Shown: positions 20,035 through 30,865, counted from the stretch's first letter. The stretch is DNA of 64,000 bases from an uncultured delta proteobacterium (GCA_963706575.1 CAVPNL010000001.1:32001-96000); one strand, 5' to 3'. Translations and numbers: made by a program. Notes: a model not told the origin generated them from the sequence alone.

Positions 20035-20778
20035 TTACTCGTAATTAACTTTCATGAGGGTAAGACCTTGTGCCGGAGCCGTCGCACTGGCCTGGCAACG
20101 ATCTTTCGAATCTAAAATACGCTTGAAATCATGGGGTGTTAATTTTTCAAGACCCACATCCACAAGCGTTCCGACGATGTTGCGAACCATGTATCTCAAA
20201 AATCCGTCAGCTTCGATTTGAAAGATCAACAATCCGTTGTCTTGCTCGCTAAGATCGGCTGAAAAAATGTGACGGTTCGTATGCTGTCTGGGGCTGCCGC
20301 TGCCCTCAAAGGCTTTGAAATCATGGCGGCCGATGATGTGGGCAATGGCGGCCCGCATTGCCTCATGGTTGAGTGCTTTGCGAATGAACCATGAATACTG
20401 GCGCCCGATAGCAGCCGGTAAGGATCGGTTTAGAATCCGGTAATGATAAACTTTGCTCCTGGCATCATAGCGGGCATGAAAGGATGCACTCACTGGCTCG
20501 CACCCTTTAATAACGATATCACTTTGCAGCAGATGGTTAAGACCGTTCATCAGGGTCTCGGGTTCCAACCGGGTGTTGCTTTTAAAATTGGCTACCTGAC
20601 CCTGGGCATGGACGCCAGCATCGGTGCGTCCCGACCCGATAAGCGTCACGCTGCGAGCCGTTATTGTTTTCAGGGTTTTTTCAATTTCGCCCTGAATGCT
20701 GCGGTCTTCTTTCTGACGCTGCCAGCCGTGATATCGGCTGCCATCGTATTCAATAATCAATTTAAAATTTCTTGTCAT
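20035..20778 (-). CDS. truA: tRNA pseudouridine(38-40) synthase TruA
   Basis: EYDGSRYHGWQRQ, GSGRTDAGVHA, FHARY, FLRYMVRNIVG. Confidence 0.96.
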   Translation of the reverse strand: MTRNFKLIIEYDGSRYHGWQRQKEDRSIQGEIEKTLKTITARSVTLIGSGRTDAGVHAQGQVANFKSNTRLEPETLMNGLNHLLQSDIVIKGCEPVSASFHARYDARSKVYHYRILNRSLPAAIGRQYSWFIRKALNHEAMRAAIAHIIGRHDFKAFEGSGSPRQHTNRHIFSADLSEQDNGLLIFQIEADGFLRYMVRNIVGTLVDVGLEKLTPHDFKRILDSKDRCQASATAPAQGLTLMKVNYE

Positions 20779-20797
20779 GGTTGGTCGGGTTTTATTT

Positions 20798-21007
20798 AAC
20801 CTAAGTTGAGCGATTGTCGAGGTTGCCGCAGCTACAAGGAAGATGCCGTTTCGCTATAGTAAACTATGCGGGACGGCATCTGACGCCGTAGATGCGGTAA
20901 GATCGGCGATCCCGCAGGGTTTCAAATTTTAAAAATTTAATCGATAGAATTCCTCAAGAATAAAGATGTTTTCCCATTTTTAAAATTTGAAACGCTCAAT
21001 TTAGGTT
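20798..21007. mobile_element. MITE-like element (~210 bp) with terminal inverted repeats and internal hairpins
   Basis: Ends aacctaagttgagcg / cgctcaatttaggtt (14/15 match); internal stems gatgccgt...acggcatc and tttcaaattttaaaaat...atttttaaaatttgaaa; no ORF. Confidence 0.6.
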
Positions 21008-21011
21008 TAAG

Positions 21012-21923
21012 TTAGATCAACAGGGCCACTGACAATGAGATAAATGATAGTATCGTCGAAAGCGCAATGGCGGCTGATGCCAGTTGAGTATCACTGCTTA
21101 ACTGGGAAGACAATATATAGAGCGCAGTAGAGGTCGGTAATGCGAAATAGATCATGCCGACCTTAAAGGAAATTCCGGTTGCATTAAAAATTTTTAAAAA
21201 TAGATAACCGATCATGGGAAGAAGGATGAGTTTGAATACGCAGGCAACCAGGGATAATTTTAAATGCTTTTTTATGCCGCCCAGGGTCAACGTTCCGCCA
21301 ATGGAAAACAGAGCCAGAGGCAGGGTAACAAACGCCGCCAGCCGAAAGGTGTTGTCGATGAAAATCGGAAATCCACCAATCAATTTCCAGTAGACGATAC
21401 CGGCCAGACAGGCGATGATCAATGGATTGGAAATCAACGCTTTGGCTGTAAGCTGTATGCGCTGCGGTAGCGATACTTTTTTCCCTGAATGCCAGGATAG
21501 GGTGGTCACGGCCAGAATATTGATGATCGGAATGATCAAGCCAATCAGAATACTGAACTGACGGGCGCCGTCTTCCCCCAATGCATTCAGAATGACGGCC
21601 ATTCCGATATAGGTATTGAAACGATAACAGCTCTGTGAAAAAGAACCGGCTTGATAGGCGGGCACGCTGAAGACCTTAATATAGAGGCTGCTGAATACAT
21701 ATACACTGATCACTGCACAGATCGCCGCTTTATAGAGACCGGGATCGCCGATCTGATCCGATGCGGCGGCACCAATCTTCCAAAAAAGCAGTGCCGGGAA
21801 AAAAATATAGTATATGAGCTTATCCGCTGTTTTTAAAAACGCATCATGGGTCAAGCCGACTCGTTTCAGCAGGTGGCCGAAGAGCAGCAGCACAAATACC
21901 GGAAAAAGATTGTTTAAAACCAT
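21012..21923 (-). CDS. AEC (auxin efflux carrier) family transporter
   Basis: YYIFFPALLF, RFNTYIG, NPLIIA, PLALFSIG, ALPTST; about 10 TM segments. Confidence 0.88.
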   Translation of the reverse strand: MVLNNLFPVFVLLLFGHLLKRVGLTHDAFLKTADKLIYYIFFPALLFWKIGAAASDQIGDPGLYKAAICAVISVYVFSSLYIKVFSVPAYQAGSFSQSCYRFNTYIGMAVILNALGEDGARQFSILIGLIIPIINILAVTTLSWHSGKKVSLPQRIQLTAKALISNPLIIACLAGIVYWKLIGGFPIFIDNTFRLAAFVTLPLALFSIGGTLTLGGIKKHLKLSLVACVFKLILLPMIGYLFLKIFNATGISFKVGMIYFALPTSTALYILSSQLSSDTQLASAAIALSTILSFISLSVALLI

Positions 21924-21928
21924 TTGTC

Positions 21929-22114
21929 CTACAACCTGTCACAGGGGAAATTGCCGAGGGCTGTTTCAACATCCTCATCCAGCGAATCGGACAACCGTTT
22001 CACAGGAAACCGTTGGCTGCAGACCTTGCAGCGCAGGTACACATAAGGTCAGGCACGTTCAATCATGAGCGCATTGCCGCAATGCGGGCAGCGGGTGGAT
22101 TTTTTTTCAATCAT
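21929..22114 (-). CDS. Small dual-CXXC selenoprotein (Sec at codon 22, TGA 22051-22049)
   Basis: Manual translation: MIEKKSTRCPHCGNALMIERA-U-PYVYLRCKVCSQRFPVKRLSDSLDEDVETALGNFPCDRL*. SECIS-like hairpin follows the UGA; stop lies 5 nt before the AEC transporter ATG. Confidence 0.8.
22016..22032 (-). promoter_or_regulatory. Bacterial SECIS-like hairpin
   Basis: GCUGCA-AGGUC-UGCAGC, a perfect 6-bp stem beginning 16 nt after the UGA; similar to the E. coli fdhF SECIS core GGUUGCAGGUCUGCACC. Confidence 0.75.
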
Positions 22115-22372
22115 CTTTTTTCAATATTTAAAACTTTACCATCGGGTATTAAATGCATGTTTAAGATGGCTTCTCGTCATACGGCCTTTTCGCAACATCC
22201 CGGCAACGTAGCGAAAAGAAATCAGGATGTCAATTGATGTTGGTAAATAGCGGCTGGCGGACAGGCCGCTTGACATCTTTGTGGACAGCTGCCGGTTTTT
22301 TTTATATTATCATCGTCATTGAATTGTCTGCCTTTGTGCAAACCGTCAACCATCATCTTATGTGAGGACATC

Positions 22373-23545
22373 ATGTGTCTGGGCTTTAAATTTTCCGGAG
22401 TCGCCTCAGGATTGAAAAAGAATGGCCAAAAAGATCTTGGACTCATCTATTCCGAAACACCGGCAAAAGTCGCCGGCGTGTTTACCCGTAATCAAATAAA
22501 GGCCGCCCCGGTCCTGTTGGATATGCAACGGATCACCTCAGGTGCCTGTCAGGCGGTGATTGTCAACAGCGGTAATGCCAATTGCTGCACCGGCGCAAAA
22601 GGGATGCAGGATGCCATTTCAATGGCGCACTGGACGGCCGCAAAGCTGGATATTCCGGAAGAGCAGGTACTGGTGGCTTCCACCGGCGTAATTGGAGAAC
22701 CGCTTGCCGTTGAGAAGGTTCAAACTGCGCTTCCGAACCTTATCAATAGCCTGGATGCCGGTGGCGTATCGGCTCTTGCCGAGGCTATAATGACCACCGA
22801 TACCGTGCCCAAGGTCGTTACCCAAAAGAGGCAGTTGGATGGCACCACTTTTACGGTGACCGGGGTTGCCAAGGGCTCAGGGATGATTCGCCCGGACATG
22901 GCCACAATGCTGTGTTTTGTTATGACCGATATTGCTGCCGAGCCGCAGCTGCTCAAAGAGATGCTTTCGGCCTCAACGGACCGTTCTTTAAACCGTATTA
23001 GCGTGGACGGCGATACCAGCACAAACGATACCACGCTTTTGATGGCTAACGGCCAGTCCGGGATTGTGATCAACAGTGATGCCGCTAGAAAAGAATTTCA
23101 AGGCATCCTTGATGCGGTTTTGATGTCACTGGCCAAACTATTGGTCAAGGATGGCGAAGGCGCTACCAAACTGGTTGAGATCGCCGTGAAAGGGGCAACG
23201 TCAGATGCCGATGCCTATCAGATTGCCGATACGGTAGCCCATTCCAACCTTCTAAAGACAGCTTTATTCGGAGAGGACGCCAACTGGGGTAGAATCCTCG
23301 CGGCAGTCGGCCGGGCGGGGGTGCCGATTCAACCCGATGCAATCGATGTTTATTTTGCCGATGTGATGATGGTAAAAAACGGCAGGGGGTGCGGCAAAAA
23401 AGCCGAAGCCCAGGCCACCCGGATCCTCAAACAGCCGGAGTATGCCATAACGATTAATTTAAAGGCCGGCAAAGGAACATCTTCGGTGTTTACCTGTGAT
23501 TTTTCAATCGATTATGTCAGGATCAATGCCGACTATCGTTCGTAG
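22373..23545 (+). CDS. argJ: Bifunctional ornithine acetyltransferase / N-acetylglutamate synthase
   Basis: NSGNAN, STGVIG, IMTTDT, KGSGMIRPDMATML, DGDTSTND, DGEGATK, DANWGR, NADYRS. Confidence 0.95.
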   Translation: MCLGFKFSGVASGLKKNGQKDLGLIYSETPAKVAGVFTRNQIKAAPVLLDMQRITSGACQAVIVNSGNANCCTGAKGMQDAISMAHWTAAKLDIPEEQVLVASTGVIGEPLAVEKVQTALPNLINSLDAGGVSALAEAIMTTDTVPKVVTQKRQLDGTTFTVTGVAKGSGMIRPDMATMLCFVMTDIAAEPQLLKEMLSASTDRSLNRISVDGDTSTNDTTLLMANGQSGIVINSDAARKEFQGILDAVLMSLAKLLVKDGEGATKLVEIAVKGATSDADAYQIADTVAHSNLLKTALFGEDANWGRILAAVGRAGVPIQPDAIDVYFADVMMVKNGRGCGKKAEAQATRILKQPEYAITINLKAGKGTSSVFTCDFSIDYVRINADYRS

Positions 23546-23610
23546 CTTTTTTCAAATGCAAATCTTTTTCCCGGCAGCTTTGCGATATCGATCGGGGTGC
23601 TCTCACCAAT

Positions 23611-23735
23611 AAGTGAGCTAAAATTTAAAATGAGCTAAAATGCCTAAAGTTAATGAATTCTATTAATTTAAAAAAGACGGAGCGCAAGCGACACTACAAT
23701 TTTAGCTCATTTTAGCTCATTTTAGGCATTTTTTT
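23611..23735. repeat. Inverted repeat with tandem 9/10-mer arms (same family as 684-809)
   Basis: aaaatgagctaaaatgcctaaagt ... attttagctcattttagctcattttaggcatttt; both copies carry aaaaaagac in the loop. Confidence 0.85.
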
Positions 23736-23803
23736 TAAGTTGTTGTTAAGATCTAAGGATTTGAAAGCCAACTTAACTATCTTATTTCCTAAGTAACTGA
23801 CCT

Positions 23804-24505
23804 ATGACAGAGATGCGGCTGCAGAAGTTTCTTTCCAGAGCGGGCATATGTTCTCGACGCAAAGGCGAAGAATATATTAAAGCCGGTTGGGTAAAGGTTA
23901 ACGGAAAAATTGTCACCGAGCTTGGCGTAAAAGTTGATCCGGAGCGGGACGCTGTAGAAGTCGACAGTGATGCCATTCGATCCGATACCGCGCCGATCTA
24001 CATCGCGCTGAACAAACCCAGAGGTTATGTCTCCAGCTGTCATCAGCAAAATGAAAAAATCGTGCTTGATCTTTTGGATATTTCCGAGAGAGTCTATCCC
24101 GTTGGACGGCTGGACAAGGATTCAACCGGGCTTTTACTGCTGACCAGTGACGGCCAGCTGCACCACCGGATTTCGCACCCATCTTTTAACCACGAGAAGG
24201 AGTATGAAGTCACCGTAGCCAAACCGTTGCCCGAGGGAGCGCTGCGAAAACTGGCAAAGGGCCTGCCGATGATGGGGACGCGGACACGTGCGGCACGCGT
24301 CGAACGAATTTCCGCCAGACGCTTCCGGATTGTTTTACAGGAAGGCAAAAACAGGCAAATTAGACGGATGGTTCGAAAAGTGGGAAACCAGGTTACGCAT
24401 TTAAAGCGGATCCGAATCGCCAACATCAAGCTGGGTGATCTGCCATCAGGTCGCTGGCGGCACCTGACCGAAACAGAAACAGAAAACCTGCTAAAGGCGC
24501 TCTAA
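23804..24505 (+). CDS. rRNA pseudouridine synthase (RsuA/RluB/RluF family, S4 domain)
   Basis: RLQKFLSRAGICSRR, LNKPRG, PVGRLDKDSTGLLLLT, EGKNRQIRRM. Confidence 0.92.
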   Translation: MTEMRLQKFLSRAGICSRRKGEEYIKAGWVKVNGKIVTELGVKVDPERDAVEVDSDAIRSDTAPIYIALNKPRGYVSSCHQQNEKIVLDLLDISERVYPVGRLDKDSTGLLLLTSDGQLHHRISHPSFNHEKEYEVTVAKPLPEGALRKLAKGLPMMGTRTRAARVERISARRFRIVLQEGKNRQIRRMVRKVGNQVTHLKRIRIANIKLGDLPSGRWRHLTETETENLLKAL

Positions 24506-25036
24506 AACAAATTCAGTGCGTTCTTCAACGCTGAGCAACGGCACATGGATAATGTCATAACCCAGCGATTGATAACTTTCTTCGATTAACCGGCTCAGCC
24601 GCCGGGCTGTTTTTTCATTTTCGGAGCGTGCCGAGTCCGTCAAAAAACGGAGCCTTTCAAATAAAAATACATTTTGGTAGCGAACCTCAGCGCTCTTCTG
24701 AAACGGTTCGGCGGAGTCGAGCCCGTTCAGTTTGTAGTAAGCAATGCTGTCGGGTACCCCGCGATCAAAGAAAATAATTTCATCCCTTTTAAGCGTGGAT
24801 TCAATCCTGACCTTTTCCATCAGAATACGGCGTTCAAAGACCCATTCATCGGCTTTTATCTCCAGCAACGTCTTGCCCTTCATTAGTTCAGCATCGATAA
24901 AGGCACGCGCGACTTCGTGAACAACTTTATGCCCCCGCTGCTCCAGCATATGGATGACAGCTGTTTTGCCCGAACAGGGGGCGCCGGTGATCACAGACCA
25001 TCTCGTGGATTGCCGATGTGTGTTCTCAATTGTCAT
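24491..25036 (-). CDS. AAA_28 / NadR-type P-loop ATPase
   Basis: VITGAPCSGKT, HEVAR, FFDRGVPDSIAY. Confidence 0.8.
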   Translation of the reverse strand: MTIENTHRQSTRWSVITGAPCSGKTAVIHMLEQRGHKVVHEVARAFIDAELMKGKTLLEIKADEWVFERRILMEKVRIESTLKRDEIIFFDRGVPDSIAYYKLNGLDSAEPFQKSAEVRYQNVFLFERLRFLTDSARSENEKTARRLSRLIEESYQSLGYDIIHVPLLSVEERTEFVLERL

Positions 25037-25794
25037 ATCGCACTGGCGCCACCGTCTACCAGCAGCGTCTGGCCGGTAATAAAATCAGCACCGCTTGAGC
25101 ATAAGAATAGGGCTGGATGGGCGATATCGATCGGCTCCGCGATTCGGCCCAGCGGAATCGTTTTAACGATCGCTTCATGAAGATCCTTGTTTGACCAGAA
25201 GGGCTCACTGAAAGCTGTTCGCACCATACACGGGGCAACAGCATTAACCTGAACATTAAATGGGGCCAATTCCTGCGCCAGCACTTTGGTCATCATCTCG
25301 ATGCCGGCTTTGGCAATCCCATAAATTCCCATAGCGGGGGCGGACCTTCTGGCGGCGATTGAAGAAATATTCACAATTTTTCCGTTATGTTGGTCGCGCA
25401 TGATCTGTCCTGCTTTGCGGGAACATAGAAAATTGCCGTTGAGATTGGAATCAATAATTTTATTCCACAGGCCGGGGTCGGCATCCACCGCAGCGGTGAT
25501 GATGTTCATGCCCACGTTGTTAATCAGCCCGTCCAGTTTGCCGAAGCGGTCCAGCGTCTGATCAAAGAGGGCTTCGATTTCTTCATTTTTAGCAACATGG
25601 GCCTGAACCGCTAGAAGATTATCGTTAGCCCCGAGCTCTTGAACAGCCAAATCAAGACCTTCCTGCTTTCGGCCGCAGATGACGACGCTGGCCTTCTGTT
25701 CGAGCAGCAACCTGGCGATTTCGAATCCGATGCCTCTGCTGCCGCCGGTGACAATAAAAATCTGATTCTCAAGATTATAATTGATTGCGCTCAT
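25033..25794 (-). CDS. Short-chain dehydrogenase/reductase (SDR)
   Basis: TGGSRGIG, NNVG, YGIAK (YxxxK), VDGG; AAGGAGG RBS before MSAIN. Confidence 0.92.
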   Translation of the reverse strand: MSAINYNLENQIFIVTGGSRGIGFEIARLLLEQKASVVICGRKQEGLDLAVQELGANDNLLAVQAHVAKNEEIEALFDQTLDRFGKLDGLINNVGMNIITAAVDADPGLWNKIIDSNLNGNFLCSRKAGQIMRDQHNGKIVNISSIAARRSAPAMGIYGIAKAGIEMMTKVLAQELAPFNVQVNAVAPCMVRTAFSEPFWSNKDLHEAIVKTIPLGRIAEPIDIAHPALFLCSSGADFITGQTLLVDGGASAI

Positions 25795-26162
25795 GGTTCC
25801 TCCTTTTAGGTGCGTGACAGTTTGGCAGCCATATGTGTTACCCAAATTGATCTTAACAGAAAGGAAAACATCTGATCAATTGGCATCGAAGTGGTTTCAA
25901 GGCCCCAGATCAGGTTCCCCGCTTTAACGCGGGATTGCACGTCTTTATTTTAACACATTAATGTGTGCATCAAAGCCCCGCTGAAGCGGGGTTACAGGTC
26001 TAATCTAAATAGATAAAGGTATGCATCAAGGCACAGGTCGATCGATAAACTGCAATCCGCCACACATTCTGGCGGATGAGCATTTATCGTAGGCCGGTGC
26101 TGCACCCTGTTGAGACAACTAATGGGATGGGGCGGCGGGGAGATCGGCGTTTGAATCCACTG

Positions 26163-27977
26163 CTATTCAATATATACGGTCTGGCCGGGATAAATGGTGT
26201 CATCGGGCCATAATTTATTTAAAAATAGAAAACGCTTCAGTGGCATATTGTGTCTTTTGGCAATTAAGAACGGGCTGTCACCTGATTTTACCTGATAGGT
26301 GCCTAAACCGTCGACCTGCGGCGGCGTTTGTTTGTCGTCAAAGATGGTCAGGATTTGACCTTTGTGCAATGCGGTCGTTCTCAGATGATTGAGCTTCTGG
26401 ATGTTTTTGGTTGTCGTCCCGTATTGCTTGGCGATGGTCCATAGCGAATCGCCTTTTTTAACTGTATGGACAACACTGCGGCCGTACTTCGGCATTGGAA
26501 CTTTTGGCGGATTATATCGATAACCTCTCTGGGGTATTTTGAGTAATCGGCCGGCGACGATATAATTTGACCGACGCAAATCATTTGCCCGCATGATCAT
26601 TGAGACGCTGGTCCGGTATCGTTTGGCAATGAGTGAAAGGGTTTGGCCGGAACGGACGCGATGATAAACGTATGCACGCTGGGGCGGCGTCGAAACCGGT
26701 ATTTCATCCAGTTGAGTCAATAAAATGCTGCTTTTATACGGCGGGACCTTAAGCGGATAGCTGTCTTCCGGGGATATTTTATAACGCAATTCAGGATTCA
26801 GTTCGCTGAGTGAGTTTTCTTCAACCGCAATCGACCTGGCGACGTCTTTGAGATGCACCTGTTTGGCAATCGTTACCGTCTCATATTGCTGCGGCATATC
26901 CAGATCGCTTAAATTCATGCCATATTTTTCCGGGTTATCCAGAATATGCAGGGTTGCCAAAAATCTGGGCACATAGCGCGCGGTCTCGCGCGGCAGTCGC
27001 TCGTAAAGATCCCAGAAATTGTCCAGATAATTCACATTCTGGCGCCGGATGACATTCAATACTCTTCCTTCCCCGCAATTGTATGCGGCCAAAACAGTGG
27101 TCCAATCTCCGAAAATGGCGTGCAGCTCCTTGAGATAATCAATAGCGGCCCGGGTCGATTTTATGGGATCCATGCGCTCATCAATGAGCTTATCCCTTTT
27201 GAGCCCGAACTTATAGCCGGTAGACGGGATAAATTGCCATAAACCCAAAGCTCTGGACCGGGAAAGTGCCCTTACTTTAAAACCGCTTTCGATTAACGGC
27301 AGCCACGAAAGCTCTTCAGGCAGGCCGGCTTCTTCAAGGGCGGCGACAATATGCTGCCGGTATTGACCGGATCGCCGGTAGGATTCGATGAAAAAAATTC
27401 TTTCGGCGCCGATGGTAAAGCGATCAATTTCAGTCTGGACATGTTTATTCATTATCCGCGGTATTTCATTGTGACTTCCGTTCACAACGATATTGCGCGA
27501 GGCGTAAATTTCCAGGATGCGCTTTGATATCATAAAGCGCAGATCTTCTTTTTGCTGGATTAATTTGGTACGATCGGATGTGTCGGCGTTTAAAATCAAG
27601 GCGTATGCCTGATCCAGGGCGTCCAGGGCGTTTTCGAGTTCACCGTTTTGCCAGAAATCCTGGGAGACCTGACACAAATCAAGGGCTTCGTCCAGCAGGG
27701 TTTCAATCTTTTTGGTTACATCTTCTGTTTTTTCATCCTCATAAGAACCCAGTTCTTTTTCTTCCAAAACAGAGCCACTGATAATGGGCGGGGTGGTTTC
27801 GGTATTAGTGGTGTTGTCAAAATCGGCACCCTGATTTGGATTGCTTGAGAGGCTGTCAGAGGATTTAGCACTCTGATCACTGCTATTGTGGTACTCAGAA
27901 GTGTTTTGAAGTAAATGACCACAGCCCAAAATGAGGATCGATAAATAGCAAGAAAGAAAGAGTAAGCGTATTTTCAT
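26163..27977 (-). CDS. MltD-like lytic transglycosylase lipoprotein with three LysM domains
   Basis: Lipobox ILGC, IESG, GLWQF, AAYNCG, ETARYVP; LysM repeats HRVRSGQTL, HTVKKGDSL, YQVKSGDS. Confidence 0.9.
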   Translation of the reverse strand: MKIRLLFLSCYLSILILGCGHLLQNTSEYHNSSDQSAKSSDSLSSNPNQGADFDNTTNTETTPPIISGSVLEEKELGSYEDEKTEDVTKKIETLLDEALDLCQVSQDFWQNGELENALDALDQAYALILNADTSDRTKLIQQKEDLRFMISKRILEIYASRNIVVNGSHNEIPRIMNKHVQTEIDRFTIGAERIFFIESYRRSGQYRQHIVAALEEAGLPEELSWLPLIESGFKVRALSRSRALGLWQFIPSTGYKFGLKRDKLIDERMDPIKSTRAAIDYLKELHAIFGDWTTVLAAYNCGEGRVLNVIRRQNVNYLDNFWDLYERLPRETARYVPRFLATLHILDNPEKYGMNLSDLDMPQQYETVTIAKQVHLKDVARSIAVEENSLSELNPELRYKISPEDSYPLKVPPYKSSILLTQLDEIPVSTPPQRAYVYHRVRSGQTLSLIAKRYRTSVSMIMRANDLRRSNYIVAGRLLKIPQRGYRYNPPKVPMPKYGRSVVHTVKKGDSLWTIAKQYGTTTKNIQKLNHLRTTALHKGQILTIFDDKQTPPQVDGLGTYQVKSGDSPFLIAKRHNMPLKRFLFLNKLWPDDTIYPGQTVYIE

Positions 27978-28170
27978 CTGATTAGTTCCCGGTTCTGAAT
28001 TTTTTTTATTATATACCATTATTTATGAAGTTAGTAAAATAAAATTCAACAATATCCTTGGTTTGATTCATTTTCGCCTTTGAGTACCCGGTCCGCCAGG
28101 GCCGTCTGCGGACCGTTTGATTAAGTAAAATCGCAACCGCTATACTTTTGCAACCTGCTGCTATAATTTA

Positions 28171-28197
28171 GTATCGTCAATTTTAATAAAAACTTAA
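28171..28197 (-). promoter_or_regulatory. Putative sigma-28 (FliA) promoter
   Basis: Minus strand TTAA(GTTT)-N15-GACGATAC, oriented toward the MltD/LysM gene. Confidence 0.5.
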
Positions 28198-28770
28198 CCC
28201 AAGGCCGGGGCGCCAATGCCGGGCAGCATTAGATTATGGCTGCCACCTTATCGAATTATGCGTATGTGCCAAATATTTTTGATAATTTGAATGGAAAATG
28301 CTTGAAAGTCCATGGGATTAAGCGTAATATTCTATTTTACTATATTTGTATTTAAATAGTAACGGTAGCGGTTATAAAAATTTTGTCAAATAAATTTGTA
28401 TATATTGCCTTTGGATGCGCTTGTTGAAAATTTTTTCAGGGTCGGATCATCACACCTTCAAACAAAGCCAATGAAAACTAAAATAAGGTCAAATATTTAA
28501 TCCATCCGCATTGGCTTACATATCCTGATCAAAATCCGTTTTCAATAATTAAGAATATTGTAAAATAAATTAAAAATATGAGAAATTAGGAGAAAAATTA
28601 AGATAAATAGCATAAATAACCTTATTTCTATCGATAAATGAATATATTTAGCTATAATCGAATTTGATATTTACAATAAAGATAACTAAATAGAGTAGTT
28701 TTAGGTGCAGGACATCACCTCATCCTAAATCAAAAAAAATTAAAATAATTTTAACGGGTTAAGTTGTTAG

Positions 28771-28846
28771 GCCAGCGTAGCTCAGCTGGTAGAGCAACTG
28801 ATTTGTAATCAGTAGGCCGTGGGTTCGAGTCCCTCCGCTGGCTCCA
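28771..28846 (+). tRNA. tRNA-Thr(TGT)
   Basis: Cloverleaf; anticodon arm actga-tt-TGT-aa-tcagt; GTTCGA; CCA end. Confidence 0.97.
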
Positions 28847-28914
28847 TTTAAGCTATCTGGTATGCGAAACGTCCTGCAACTTGAATACCCGGTCTATATT
28901 CAGAGTGGTTTTTA

Positions 28915-28999
28915 GGTGGGGTTCCCGAGTGGTCAAAGGGAACAGACTGTAAATCTGTCGGCGAAGCCTTCGGAGGTTCGAATCCTCCCCCCACCACCA
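28915..28999 (+). tRNA. tRNA-Tyr(GTA)
   Basis: acaga-ct-GTA-aa-tctgt; long variable arm; CCA end. Confidence 0.97.
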
Positions 29000-29191
29000 A
29001 CCTTAGCTGAGTCGATTGTAGGAGATTTCGGTTTAACCTTAGGGATCGATTCGAACTACATGACTTCCTGCATGAAATTGGTTTCAGTTTTTGTGGGAAC
29101 AGTTTAGTCTCCCTATTTTTTGCTCGTATCTGACAAAGGAAGAAACAGAACTTATTTTAATCCGCTGCGGATATAGGTTCTAAATGATTTA

Positions 29192-29267
<76 letters not shown>

Positions 29268-29320
29268 AATGAAGTTTTGGTTGTTTTAAGCTCCTTACGT
29301 GAATCGGTTACCAATCTGAT

Positions 29321-29397
29321 GCCCACGTAGCTCAGTCGGTAGAGCGCTTCCTTGGTAAGGAAGAGGTTCATCGGTTCGATTCCGATCGTGGGCTCCA
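29321..29397 (+). tRNA. tRNA-Thr(GGT)
   Basis: cttcc-tt-GGT-aa-ggaag; CCA end; classic tufB operon order Thr-Tyr-Gly-Thr. Confidence 0.97.
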
Positions 29398-29503
29398 TTG
29401 GTAAATATGCGATTTGGAATGTGTTTACTTGGGGCGGCCTTTATGGGGTTCAAACATAAAGCAAAATCTTAAAACTTAATTAAAACCATGGGAGGATGAA
29501 AAG

Positions 29504-30697
<1,194 letters not shown>

Positions 30698-30715
30698 CGG
30701 GATAGGAGTCGATCG

Positions 30716-30865
30716 GTGAGAATAATCGTTACGCTTGCATGCACTGAGTGCAAAAGAAGAAATTACACGACGACAAAAAATAAGCGGACTACGCCCGACA
30801 AACTGGAGTTCAGTAAATACTGCAGATTTTGTCGCAAACATACGCCCCACCGAGAGACCAAATAG
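30716..30865 (+). CDS. rpmG: 50S ribosomal protein L33 (Zn-binding form)
   Basis: Below the ORF-track cutoff; GTG start, [49 protein letters not shown]. Confidence 0.96.
   Translation: MRIIVTLACTECKRRNYTTTKNKRTTPDKLEFSKYCRFCRKHTPHRETK

Noticed and set aside
21814..22237. Plus-strand ORFs 21814-22068 and 22013-22237
   Set aside because: Antisense shadows of the AEC transporter and selenoprotein genes, with no recognisable motifs.
28020..28770. Possible replication origin
   Set aside because: AT-rich, but I found no cluster of TTATCCACA DnaA boxes and no dnaA/gidA context.
29000..29191. Degenerate tRNA in the Tyr-Gly spacer (contains gattcgaa)
   Set aside because: I could not build an acceptor stem or anticodon arm.
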